Shown here piece by piece: positions 28,366 to 42,200 of a stretch of 64,000 bases of DNA (position 1 is the first letter of the stretch; every line of letters begins with the position of its first letter). This DNA is from Auanema rhodensis (lineage: Eukaryota > Animalia > Nematoda), in assembly GCA_964057225.1 (NCBI GenBank), contig OZ059898.1, positions 14,260,001-14,324,000 of the forward strand, read 5' to 3'. Position numbers and translations under genes: made by a program. Under the pieces are notes generated by a model. The model searched no databases. It was not told where the DNA came from and saw nothing but the letters and a program-made list of their open reading frames with translations.

Positions 28366-29788
28366 TTAGTCTCGAGGAATGAGTTCGGCAGGTCGTCCAC
28401 AGGGTGTTGGATTATAACGTCCTAATGGATTACGGTAGATATCTGGTCGACAGTAGTTACATGTCTTACGGCATATTCTGAATGCTAAACTTGCGAATTG
28501 TCCATCACAAGACCATTGAGACTATAAAGAGAAATAATAAGAAAACTATATGTTTTATGAGTTCTAGTATTACCTTTCCCCAAACATCCTCTCTTTTCAA
28601 AAAACGAGCACAGAAATCGGAGCTATGACGATCGAAGCAACTCTTTGAGTGATCACCCTGAAGGAAAAACAAATAAGACTGTGAGTAAAAATAGTTCGAA
28701 GCTTCTTAGATCAATATGTTGTAGCAAAAGTGGAATTTGGATTATACGGAAATAGATTCAATACCTTCTGAAAGATGAGTTCATAACGATCAGCAGCACT
28801 TTCTAAGCCGCATGTGTTGCAACATTGAATGAGAGAAAAATCAGCATCTCCTTGACATCTAAAGATCAGAAAATATGTTTCAAAACATTTTGGGAAAAGC
28901 CTAGTTATGTTCAAACTATTATAGAAACCTTTGTAAGAATTTTGTGGGATTTGATTGTTGAAGCCGTCTACAAGCAATACTGCTAATGGTATCTGAGCAA
29001 CAAGGAGGTGCCGGAGTTCCAAGTGCTGGAAAGAAGTTTTTAGACGGAATCTTCTAGTTTGATTTCTAGTTCATAGTGCTGTACTGTATTTACACAGACT
29101 GGAAATAGAAGAAAAAGCGCCAATTACCTCGTGAAAGTTCGCTTGTTTTTTCAATTTTAGTGTCATTGAACATCATCCATGGATTACCATAAACAGTAAC
29201 TGAAAATAGCAGAACTAGTATCTGTAATCATCTAGTTCTCTTAGTTCTTTAGACAATCGTTCTCTTTCTCAAGCTTTCTTTGCGCTTTTCATCTTCTTCT
29301 CTCTTTGCTCAACTTGACCCGGAACCCATATAAACTTGGACCTAGATATATCGTCCAAAAATCACACAAAAGACTTGTTTCCTTATCTTTGAACCTAATT
29401 TTTTTCACGAACCTTCTTTTATGCTTAAGTATGTAAATATAGTGCTCATACATGGAATTCAACAAAAATAAGCAATAAAGCTTGAAAGCTTGAAGCCTTT
29501 TTCGAATAACTAGTGCTCAGTTTAGTTGCAATTCTGTTTTTTTTTTGAGATTTTGCTATTCTTAAGCATAACTATAGTTTTATAAAATAATAATAATAAT
29601 AATATTTTAAATATATCTAATTAGCATATTTTTAAACTTTTTTGAAAACACGTGAGTATTCACGTAAAACTTGCAAAATATTATGAAACAAGTTTACCAG
29701 GAAAGGAAATACAAACAAAGATTTGTAACGAAAAGTTAGAAAACATACCAAAAAGTACTGAAAAGAGTATCATCCGCTGATTGAACAT
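28366..29788 (-). CDS. Secreted ShKT-domain protein
   Basis: Signal MFNQRMILFSVLFVTVYG, then PPCCSDTISSIACRRL..RCQGDADFSLIQCCNTC and CFDRHSSDFC..WSCDGQFASLAFRICRKTCNYC (ShK-type CxxTCxxC). Ends ELIPRD*. Confidence 0.8.
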
Positions 29789-31157
29789 TATGCGCAACTG
29801 TGACCAAGATGTGGCTTCTGGAGAAAATTAGAAAAGGAAAAGTCTGTCAAGTCGAGCAATTCGGAGAGTCGGCAGATATTTATATGAGATACTGGACCAC
29901 TGTCCGTCCAGCCTACCGTTTATCTGTCTGAATCTCTACACAATTTGAAGTATTTTTTTGCTGTTATAGTCTGGCTCTTCGTCTCTCGTTCGCCAAGGCG
30001 ATAGAAGGTTGATGACCGTTCTGTTGCTCCACCCCTCTTCGAAATTCTCCCCTCCAACACCCTTCATCTACCTTTCCCTCTTCTTTCAGGCAACCTCAAG
30101 CCGGACGATGATGATGGTGAGAGCATCAAGCATTGGGATGGTGAAAGCAGGACATGACTAGACCGGTCTTGCACACATTAGGATGGCTCTCCTAGCTGTC
30201 AGTATGAGAGATAGGAAAGAGAATGATGAAAGTGAGCAGGAAAGCATATGAAGAGAAATCATAGCGCCGAGAGAATAGCTTTCCGGACTCATCACTTACA
30301 TGGATTGCACATCAGAGACCCTGAGATTATTTGAAGAACCAAACAGATGAGCCAAAACAACTGTCATCGATAGACCTTCAGGAATGTTTCGTCATCGAAC
30401 TTCCTGTTTGATTCCTCGGATTAGTGACGATGCGGAATGCTGATATGAGTAAAAATTTTTCTTTTGATTATTCAAAAGCCTTGTTTACAAAGATATAACG
30501 TTGTTTCAGTCGCATATTCTTAGCAAGTTATACATGATGAGTGAAGAGTAAGTAGCTCTATTGAAACATACATACATCTGTCAAATTATAGTTTTTCGTA
30601 GTTTTTGATATATTCTGAACTTTTTTTATACAGATAGCATGAAACTCAATCAAATTCAATTTCCTCACAAGCCAAAAAGACAAATTTTCAAATATGAAGA
30701 GAAAAAAAAACTTTCTTGAACTGAATTGCTTTTTACGGAATTTGTTTAACCAGCTGAACTATGGCTTGTCCATGCAAAGAGGAAAAAACGTTCCCTGTGT
30801 CCTTCTTAGCCCTTCTCATATTCTCATAGAGGTTGAACGACCATACTGCTACGCTGTCCGGTTTTCCGGACACCGTCAGATGCACAGATGTTGTCCCGTC
30901 ATCGGTCACTCGATCTCTTTCTCCTTTTCACATTCTATTTCAACTCAGATCGTTGTCTGGCATTCCTATGAGCCATTGATTAAACATGACAGGAAAAAGC
31001 ACAAGATGAAGAAAATGTTGATAAAGATGAAGAAGCCGGAAAAACGACTTCTAGCTCTTTCACATACCATTTCTATTCAAACGTATTTTAACAATTGGTA
31101 CATGAAGAACATACATTTTATTAAAACGAATATGAAGAAAGAGAGAGAGAATTCGTT

Positions 31158-33672
31158 CTACACGTAGTAAACCAAGCAGGTTATGATGAACAATAAATCT
31201 GAAATTGGAACGTTAAAATGGATAATAAAGCCACAGATCATCGTACATATGAAAATCTGTGAAGATTCCGTTTTTTTCGGTGGATCCACTGGTTCACTCT
31301 TTTGAACTGTAAAGTTGAAGAAAACCTGTGTTCTTGCTGGTATTGAATATGTTGTTATCTTTCTCTTAGCAGGGTAAGATAGTGGACCAGTAGCTGAGAT
31401 ATTTGCAGATATAGCTCCATATAAAGGTCCATTGATAATCAGAAGAGAATCAATCTGAATAATTGGTTAATTAATTGTTTTTTTTTTGTTTTTTTTAATT
31501 TCATTTATAAGTATTTACCCCTTACCCCTTTTAATAATACATAAGTTAAAGTAGATGAATCTAAATCATCATCTAAAATCACAATGAGTGACTGAATTTC
31601 CGATGAATTTGATGTTTCAGTTTCTAAGCTCGTATTTGCTATGCTTGAAGCCATGCGCGCACAAGTTGTTCCATACAATGAAATACCTAAAATTTAGAAA
31701 ATCTAAGTATGACAGAATACTGATAACTGACTAGTTTCATCAAGTCCAACAATGAGCAAATATCCGCTTATTGTAACTGAATTCATACAACCAATGAACG
31801 CTGATTTCTTTATCATCAAATGTCGACAATCAAATGCTTCTCGTAAGCTATATCTCTTCATTTCACCCATTTTATCGGTAGTTTGAACAAAACAATTATC
31901 CAATTGTTTTATATAATTTCTGGAGGTTGAAGATGGAGCTGCATATGTTAACAATTGAAATGACTGTAATTTTGAAAAGATGTCACTTTGATGATTGTCA
32001 AACAAATTCTTACTGATGTTCCAGGTGGAGTTAGGAAATAGTATTGTTTCTCAGCCAGCGCTGACATATTAACCAGATAAGATGTATCATTACCTCCAAT
32101 ATAGATAGTATCCACAGGCTTATTAGCATCTAAACTCTCATATGTTATATATATTTGATGAATAAGCCATTAATTCCTATAACTAACCGAATAATTTGAA
32201 AGTTGCTCTAAAGCTAAAAGATCCTAATCCAAATAATGAAGTGAAATTGAGTCGACCATTCATAGGTAACATATAGGTATCATTCATCTGAAAACCTCGG
32301 TAATCAGAAGAAGATGAAGGATAGCTGTAATAATAACTTCTACAATAATTCCGAATTAACGTCTACCTGGAAAAGGTAACTCCAAATCCATCATGACCTT
32401 CTATGCGTACTGTTGATGATCTGTTCAACTCACCTAACAGCGCAAGTTCAACATAATATTCTTTTAAAGGAATAAACTTAAATTATTATAGTTATTTATA
32501 TTGAAAAATAGCTAAAATACATTAAAATTGCAGTCATATGATCCGCTAAAAAGTGAGTCGTAAAGTCCATTGTTTGGAGGAAAGTAGAATGTTTCTCCGT
32601 CCAGTTGTGATATATCAATTGATCCTTCACAAACTTTAAAATAAAACTTAATATAGCAAGGTGAAAGACAATACAGTACCTCGTCCTTCTAGAGATGGTG
32701 ATATTTTGATATCAACGTCAACATTAAAAAAAAAGAATGTTGTAAACATTGTATTTGGAGTAATATAAGACATTGGTAAATGAATCTTTTCGCTGATCCA
32801 TAGCTGTCCAGGCTTCTCTGGAGTACTATCAGATACTGAGTAATATCTTTGACCATCCTACAATTATTTGTTTTAATATGTGAATCAAAGGTAAATACAA
32901 AACTATAAAATCTGAATATTCAATGCGTGTGAGAGCTCCATCAAATGACACTGTTGTCATTGCAGCTGGTATATAGAGGCTTAAAACATTTATTGTTCCC
33001 ATTTTTGCAACTCTTTTCAAGTCCATTACTTGGTAAGATAGAAATTCATTAACAGCTTGAAAAATATTCATATTTCCAAAATAAAATTTAAATTCTGATT
33101 TTACGTCCAGAATCCTGTACGACAAGAGCCAATTGTTGTACCAGAACTACACTACATTTCAATACCATGTCCTCTTCATAGATCGCAGTATTTGAGAATG
33201 ATAGACATAAATCATATAAACTAAAAGATTTATAAAATCTCTTTTCGATTTTTTTTGAAAACAATAGTCAAAACCAACTTGTTAACAACTTTCTGCGGAT
33301 CCTTCAGTAGAGATAATTCACATGACTTATACGACTCTGATACATGTTCCACAAAGTCTCTTGTAAAAGGACTAATAGCCAGCTAAATAATGAGAAAATC
33401 TTTAGATGTTTCTTTTAACATTTGAAGAATATTTACTCCAACTACTCCATCACCACGTTTGAAAATATATCGATTCAACGTTATATTTGTTAATATAATT
33501 GCGGGAAATTTACTGTGAATATTAAATAATGTAGTAGAACTATTTACTGAAAAACCTCAGAAAACTAAATATTCAGAAGCAATACTACAATACCTGTATA
33601 TGAATTTTGTTCCGGAAATAAGCAAACTGTAAGTTGGAATCCGGAAAGAAGAATTAGAGAAACAGAGAGCAT
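31158..33672 (-). CDS. Nematode-specific secreted/membrane-anchored beta-rich protein, probably CUB-like
   Basis: Signal MLSVSLILLSGFQLTVC, many short exons with canonical splice sites, few Cys, and a hydrophobic C-terminus (ICTMICGFII..LLFIITCLVYYV*). The family assignment and some boundaries are inferred. Confidence 0.5.
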
Positions 33673-34554
33673 ATTGAAGAATTATGAATCAATCTTATCA
33701 ATCATTATTATAATAAAGTTTTGGATTATAACAGTTCTTCTTAATTTCAAAAGCCTCAACTAATACCATAATACATTATCAGTGACGACAGTGTCAATTT
33801 CATCACGTTGGAGAACTATTTGAAAATGCATCTCTCATTCAAACAAGGACAAAAATGGTTCATAAACAGCATCAATATGTGAATCAAAAGTAAATCATTT
33901 CAATTTTAGTTTATGAATCATGAAAATCTGTGAAATGATACTCAAAACGAGGTTTTGACGAGTTTTTTGAAAGAAGTCAGACTCTCTCATTGATACATTC
34001 TACAAAGCAACTTCTAGAATTTATAGATTTCACAATGAATTCTTCTGATCTATAAAAAGAAGAAGAAAAATAGCCGTCGATGAAAATAATCAGAAGAAAA
34101 GGAAGTGTCTTAACAGTGACTCCTGAACATTTTCACAAACCAATACTATCAGAGAATATAGAGGTATTACATTACATTGCCCGATAACATAATGAGTATC
34201 CAGCGATAATTGTCTTGAAGTCTTTATCAAGAACAGAAATCCCCGTTATTACATACCCTCTGTTACTAGTTCACCTAACGATATATTAGAAGTTACATTC
34301 ATCTTCATTCAAGAGTACAAGGATTACTATTTGTCAGGTTGAAACGGTTAGCCGCAACCACTTTGCTACGCGTTTCCGCTTTTTACTATACGGTAGGGAA
34401 ACATACGTAGTACGCCAAAATACGAACAAGCAAAAAAATTAGAAATATATTCATATTAGTGTTTTGCTTTATAAGCTTTATTCTTCCTTATTTATTATTA
34501 CTTCTTTTAAATCTTTATTTAGTTTAATATACATTTATAGAAAAAGTAGTAATC

Positions 34555-35151
34555 ATGGCTATGGCAGCAAGAGGACGCGGAACAAAACTTCCACCAGAGG
34601 TAATGCTGACTTCATATTTCTTTCGAATGTTCATCTTTTTTTTAAGGTTAATAGAATATTATATATCAAAAATCTACCATATAAAATTACGTCTGATGAA
34701 ATGTATGATATTTTTGGAAAATTTGGAGCTGTTCGTCAAATTAGAGTGTAAGTGTTTCATTAACAATTGCTATTTAATCAGTAACCTTATTCAGAGGTAA
34801 TACGCCAGAAACTAGAGGAACTGCATTTGTTGTTTATGAAGATATTTTCGATGCCAAGGCTGCTTGCGAACATTTAAGTGGTTTCAATGTTTCTAACAGG
34901 TTCAACATTTTCTACAATTTTTATTTATCTTTTATGTTTAGATATTTGGTTGTTCTTTACTACCAAGCTACGAAAGCCTGGCGTCGTATGGATACAGAAA
35001 AGGTACATTAGTGTTATATTAATTTAATCTTTTCATACATCTGCTTCAGGCAAAAGAAAAGTTGGAAGAAGTTAAGGAACGTTACGGAATCGGTGGAGAT
35101 ATTGCCAAGGAAAAAGAGCGTGTTGCTATGACTCCCACTCCTCGAAGATAA
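34555..35151 (+). CDS. SF3B6: U2 snRNP branch-site protein p14 (SF3B6/SF3b14)
   Basis: [82 protein letters not shown]. Confidence 0.97.
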
Positions 35152-35461
35152 GATTTCATATTTCATCGGTCTCATTTCATTATTATTATTGTTACATAAC
35201 TGTGGTAAACATAAACAACTTTTTTTCAAAAAAAAAATTCATTAAGACATCCAATTAAAGACAACCAATTAGATAGAATTATGCTCTTGATTCAGGGTTT
35301 AAACAAATATGGTTTTAATCTGAACCCGATTATTAAAAAACCGGATAGTTCTCCGATTCAGACTAGATAATAATATTTGGGTAATTTTAAGTGTGGTGTT
35401 AAAACGGTAAGAAATGAAAAGCAACGCATAATTTCCTACAGATGTTAGACATGTCTTGAGA

Positions 35462-38404
35462 TTATAATGCGTTTGAAATGGAATTATCAGAAACCACATA
35501 GCGGACTTCTGATGATGGAGGTACGGCGAACAAATCGGTAGAGGAAGACACGATCATCGATGGCTAAAATAAGAAATCACAAGTTATAACTGACAGCGGA
35601 ACGAAATCCAAATAATATATATCACAACATCGGAATTGCACAGGTCAACCAGCTATGTATATAAGGGAGAATGAAACTATAACTAAGAAAAAGCGACACA
35701 ATCACAATAAAAGAAAAAGCCTTCAGAGCTGCATGCCATCAACATCTGAGGAGTTATTATTATAAGCCCCACTGACCGCTCTTTGCCTCTCAGATGTAAA
35801 AATTTTGGCAAAAGGATAGCAACAAGGAGGTAAAGTTTGCTCCAAAGAAGGAATAGCATGTGTAAGTAGTGGTTTCATAAAGCTAAAACAATTAAATTAC
35901 ATGTAGTCAGCAATTCACACATACCATGAGTCAAAATTATACCATTTTCTTGGTAAGAAAGCTTTATCCCAAGGATTTGAGCCAGCAGGTCCATTGGGAG
36001 TAAAAGGTGTTTCAACAACTTGGACATCATCCACATCAGACTAAACAATAAATTTTTTTCCAGACAATATATTAAGAAAGAAATAGGCAGCGTACCGCAT
36101 TAGGTAAGCGTATATTATTTTCATTTTCTTCTAAATTGTTACTTCTCGAGTTATTAGCAGCCTCACCATGCCTAATAAATATCAAAATATATCCAAACAT
36201 GTTGTAGTAATATCTTACTTGATTCCTAAATAATCAATCATCCAAGATGTCATTCCTCCATTGAAAAATACAGTTATTAAGACAATTGTGGAAGTTGTGT
36301 CACATATAATCTTGAACATTCAAAATAATAAAAATAATGAAAACCTAAGATGATACCTGTCGATTTTCAGTTGCCGTATTTCGAGCAGCTAAAGCGAAAG
36401 CCATTGCACCACGAAGTCCAGAGAATACAATCATATGTTGATATCTAGAAAGAAATTATGAAGGAATATAAAGATAATAAGAAAAACCTTCTGGGAATAA
36501 TAGGACGACGTGAAATATTAATGATTGTACATAGTGGATAAACGAATAATGCACGAGCAAAAACTATAGAAATCTATAAGAAACAAAGTTTAATTCGTTT
36601 TAATTCTAAGAATAAGCTTACTAAAGCAAAGAAGATAAAAGCTATACTCCATTTTTGTTGATTACCAGCAATAACACTGACACCAATGTAACAGAAAATG
36701 AAACTTTCCAAAACAAAGGCAATCATCTGAATTATTTCAAAAATATTATTAAAAGGAGGTTCAATTCTACCTGGAAAAAGTTTTTGGTAGACCTTTGTGA
36801 TTCACGAGAAAGGTTATTATAAGTGTAATGAGCTTGAGCAATTCCACAGAATAAAACAGCCACAATTCCTAAAGAAATATCGATTATATAAACAAAATAT
36901 TTTACCAAATATACCTGTAAAGCCAACAACTTCTCCAATCAAGAAAGAAATATATGAAACTAGAACAAATAAAGAACTTTCTAATAACGGATAATCAGAT
37001 ATATGTGTCATCTTAGTTATAAGTGCATTTGTACATCCAATTACTGAACCTAATACACATGAACCTGAAAACAAGTTTGTAAGATGAAACAGATTTCAGG
37101 TAAAGCAAATACCAGCAAACGTTGAGAAGAACAACCACATAGCCGAGCCAAGTTCTGCCCAACTTAGTACAGAAGAGCCGGTAGAGAAATTATCGATGAT
37201 GCTATAAAGATACAGTTCAAAGAGTTTTCTGAAATTTTTGACTTACTTAGATAGTACGATAGCAACAGCATCATTCAAAGCACTTTCACCAAACACCAAA
37301 GCAAACAAATCTGCTTCCACTTTCATTTCAGAGAAAATAGAAATAACCGTTACTGAAAGTGGCAGCTTTTGAACGAACCCTGTAGCAGTAGCACATACCT
37401 GGATCTGTAGCTGATATCACAGCTCCAAAGAAAAGAAGCTCTTGGAATGAGAAACCCATTCCAAAAATTTTTGTAAGCACAAGCATTAGAGTTCTAAACA
37501 AATGAAATAAATTATAAAGATTTTATAAAATACCCGGTGGCTAAGCATGATACAGTAGTTCCAATGAAAACAAAAGCCAATATACTGCCTAAATTTGCAG
37601 AAAATATATACACCACGCATTCAGCGGAACGAACCAATATTTCGGAAAAAGTTGCGTTTCTTCAAGCTATATCCAGCATTGAATATTATAGGTGGAAGAA
37701 GAATATTGAAAAAAATTTCAGGAGAAAATGTACTCTGCAATGTGGTAGGTAAGTGATATCACCGAAAATAAACAGTGATAAGCTTACTTTCTGCTCGATT
37801 TTGTGTTCGTTATGCTTTTTGGTGTCAGCAAAAAATCCTTCGATTAGCTCATAATGGAACGATACCTTTTGCCCTCCCTCGGGTTTAACTTCTAATCTTT
37901 AATAAATTCAATTACAAACATGAACAACTAAAAATATATAGTCACACCTTAAATAATCAGGTGGTTCTGACACGATGGTATGGTTTTTCAGCATTACATC
38001 AAACGTTTGTGATTCAAGCAAACCAATATTGAAATATTTTATAAGTATACCAATCAGTAATCCTATAATCGACATATATTTGGTCTAAAGTCAACATTTT
38101 GAACTGTATGACCAACCGTAGATAAGCGTCAATCCTGACTCGTGTATGAAACGGAATCTATAATGTTTGAAGAACCATGCGGTCAACACGATTATGACCA
38201 TAACTGTGATATATGTTAGCAAAACTATAGTATCTAGATGATGCAGATTCTCTGCTCTCTGAAGAATTTCACGATTATCAACGATTGTTAAGATGAACTC
38301 ACTCTTTGTGCTGAATTTTCCAACTTGGACATATCTGATTGATGTGCAGCTATGACCAGTGTAGGCAAACACACCAATGAATGAATAATACCAAAGCGTA
38401 TCAT
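35462..38404 (-). CDS. nhx-5: Organellar Na+/H+ exchanger, NHE6/7/9 type; two alternative C-termini (stops at 35723 or 35462)
   Basis: [113 protein letters not shown]. Confidence 0.9.
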
Positions 38405-39294
38405 GGTTGGTGTTCCCTCCGCACAATCAGTAGTTTAGATAGGCTGCAACGTAATAAAACGATTGAAACTAGAACCATCTATTTTTAAAACTTGTCGCAC
38501 ATTTCGCAACTTTCTATAGAATATAATAGTTCATTATACTCCATTGAACCTATTATCCTGCTATACTGTTAAGCTTTCACATTACACTTAACTATTATTG
38601 CGAGTTCTCAGTATATTGTGTCTGAATTCAACAGTTACTATTGTAAAACAATGCTTTGCGTGATAATATATTATTGGATTTAATAACGATTATAATACAA
38701 CAGAGTGAAATCCTGAAAAGCAGATGATAGACGAAGAGAACATACAACGCTACTCGGAGACTGGTAATTTTGAGTATTTAATCGAAGTTATTATGAGAAA
38801 TTACTACATTTAAGTTAAGATGAACAATTTCAATGATTGGTGCGCAACCTATAGATCTCCTGATAGAAGAATAAAATTTTGTGAAAACACCTGAATTGTT
38901 TTAGCAACATCAAATAACAACGCATCAAATGACAATCCAAAAGGCGAATAAACAGGCCATGCATAACTTAAGGGGGATCATGATATACAGAGTGGGTTTT
39001 TTTGGGGCTGCACACAGCCAATTCTGGAGAAGTACTTGAAATAGGCAAAGAAAAATGAATGAACCAGTATGTCATAATAACCAAAGGCAAAATTGACATC
39101 TACAACAACGTTCTATGAAGATCAGAACAGGACAATTGGGCGACAGCCCTTAAAAATCTATTTCTCTGCTAAAACACAAAAACAATATATATGTGAAACC
39201 AGTAATTCAATACACTTTCAAGAAGAAATAAATATAATAATGACTAGCACCATTCAGTGGAGCAAAAAAAAACGAATTAGGAACGTCTTCATGT

Positions 39295-42200
39295 TTAGAA
39301 GTTAGCTTCGAAGTTCGCCATCATTTCCATTTGGCTAGTGAGATCTACGTCATTATCTCGTTCACGTTTCCTTCTTTCCTAAATAATGCCACCACTTAAC
39401 CCCGACTTATTTTTCAACTCCCAACCTGTTCCTTGAGCCTTAACAAGCGAGTTGCCTCGTCTTCTTCCATAGAAGTAACTTTCCTCCGTTCATCTTCACG
39501 CTGACGCCTTTCTTGTTCCATTCGCTATACAATTTTACAATGTTATAACATCAATATGACAGCTTGTGCTCTTACCATTCTGTCTTCCTTAACTTTTGTC
39601 TGTTTTTTCTGTTCATCTAGAGCATTATTTTTAGGTTCTTCTCTACTTGGTAATAACTGGTCCAATATGGAACCGCCTAATATCAAATTTTCAGTATAAC
39701 TTTTAGCCTCAAAATTAGATGTACCGATTCCGACGGGTATTACAGTCCTTGTATTTTGCAAAAGAGGTTTAGCCCCTTCATGTACAACTGAGGATGAGAT
39801 CGTTTTTGTGGATGGTGGACCTTCTGAAAGACACATACGTTACGACGATTATTCATTCCACAATTTTTTACCTGGGGCAACTGTAGTAGTTGCCGAGGTA
39901 GTAACTGCTTTGGGAGGGACCGGTGAAGGTGCCGTTGCTACCGGAGGTGGCATGGTAACCGGAGGATTAGCAGTCCCGTTCACTCCTGTTTTCACTGCTG
40001 GTGCCGGAACCATAGGCGCAGCAGGTGCAGTCGTCGTTGGCGGTAATACTGCTGGATTGGATCGGCCGTTTAATTTGCCACGAACTCGGTTCATCTCATC
40101 GTCACGGTGACCTGATGAAATGATAATAAGGTGTCGATAATAAAAAAACACCTTAATCATCTTATTTTGCGCAAATGAATCTCTGTCCGGAAACAAGTGA
40201 TGCAAATCCTTATTAGAATACGGAATAAATAATGTACAATAGCACAAGATTAATATCTCAAAAGATAACGTACAAATATACACAGGATAAAACGACAGTT
40301 GTGCTTAAAGGCTTTTGAAAAATATTAACTTAGCGGGCAAAGTTTGAGAACCAATAATGACCTTAGTAAATGCATGAGATTCTGAGATAAAAAATATATA
40401 ACACAGGGTACAGATAGCAGCGAATTATTAGTTACCCGAGATAAGGAATTCAGCAGCAAATATAAATTACACGGCAGCAGAACATCGTGAGCAATTTACA
40501 AGTAAAAAAATCTTGTATATACAGATAATTAACGGCAGAGAGGCGGGAAGGAGGCACTCATCTCTGCCGACCTTCCACCTCCCTGGAGCCGCCCGGACAG
40601 AGATTGGAGTGCCCCACTAGAGTCCCGCCTAACCTGATTCAGAATCCGAGGAATCACTATCCGAGTCTGAGGAAGAGCTTGATTCTCCTGAGGAAGATCC
40701 GGAGGACATGGGTGAGGCGATAGGCCGAGATGGTCCAGCTGGGCGAGGAGCATCAGGAACTGAATGAATAGTATAAGATATGAAAATGAATATTTATATT
40801 AGTTTATCAGGCTAAAAGTATATATAATATAAAATAATTTAAGTTAGAAGTTAGATTTGCAACATGCTAATCGAGCAGTACCATTCTTACTAGCAGCTTG
40901 ATGATTCACAGAACCTCCCAGCTTCTTAATCTTCTCTTCAAGATCACGTTTTCGCGCATCCATATCAGAGATGGATTTAGGAGCTGAAAAGTAAGCACTC
41001 CTTTGATCATCGGGAAATTCCCTCAAGAGCTTTCGGTATCTTTTTTTGAAAGGTTAGAACATGAAGGACGAAAATCGTGCAAATCAAAAATAGTGCCGAA
41101 TAGCGTTTATAAGCAAGGCGAATAAAGCCCTGAAGTAACATACCGCACGGCTTCCTAGTCTTCTTGGAGAGGTAGGATGAAACAAATGCTTCTAATTCCC
41201 TCAAAGTTGCCGGTTTCAATGTTTCAAAATCAATTTCTATCTCCTCAGGGTTGAAGTCCTAAGTTAATTGTTAAGAAAAAGAAAGTAATGCAAGTATTAC
41301 CGATAACGCTTCTCGACTCTCAATTATACTAACTACAAGATGGAGCTTGTCTCCAGGAAGTTTATTAATGTCCAAGCTCAGCTTGCGTTTTTCATCGTAG
41401 GTCATCGGTTCATTTGCTGCTTCATCAGATGAATCGAACTGATATCCTTCCCTCCAAGGTTTCGCGTGATTTGGTTCCACCTTCAGTAAACGAGACCAAA
41501 TTGGGATTTGTTCAAAAAACATACCTTGGGCTTGTTCTTCGAACCAGGTTTTCGACCCCTACCAGAATAAGGCTTGGGTGTCGGGGCAGGATTTAATAAT
41601 GCTGTTGGGGTCACTGATGGCCTAGCGGTCTGTGGTTTCATCTCACGCTTAATAACAGGTGAAACAGAAGATACGGGGCCATTGGACATTGGTGACTCTT
41701 CTTTAATTGGTCTAGCGCGTTGCATTAGCTAAACCAATAGAATTTAGAATGAGAACTTTAAAAACTTTCTAACCTTGAAAGCGGGACTAACTGTTAATCC
41801 CAATTCAGTGCAACTAGCGGCAACGAGGTTCACAATGTTGCCAGGAAGACTAGGCGCTGGAGTTTGATTCAACTTAGCCTCTTTCCGTTTAAACTTCAGT
41901 TCAAATAATTGGTTATTATATGCGCTGATCACTGCTAATTTTTCTTGCACTTTAACTTGCTGCGTTTGAATCTTAAGTTTCATAAGTTAAATGTTTAACC
42001 GGATGAAAAGAAAAGTACTTCATTTATAAGCACTTCTATTCGTTCATCGTCATCTGCTTCTAATATTGGTAAGGCGTTGACATTGGCAACTACATCCAGT
42101 GATCTCATGCTTGCACTTCCCGCCACTTCAGGTTCTTCCTCATCAACAGGTATAGTTAAGAACTGAGAAAAAAAAACATTTAAAAAGTTACAAACAGGCT

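Noticed and set aside
30318-30340. CCCTGAGA lin-4/miR-237-like seed
   Set aside because: No 5' U, no similarity beyond the seed and no convincing hairpin.
39808-40110. Plus-strand Gly/Val/Ala-rich 100-aa ORF
   Set aside because: Antisense shadow of the Pro/Thr-rich bet-1 exon.
40984-41143. Possible poison acceptor (AAG|ATACC..TGA) in a 160-nt bet-1 intron
   Set aside because: The A-rich acceptor context is poor and nothing independent supports it.
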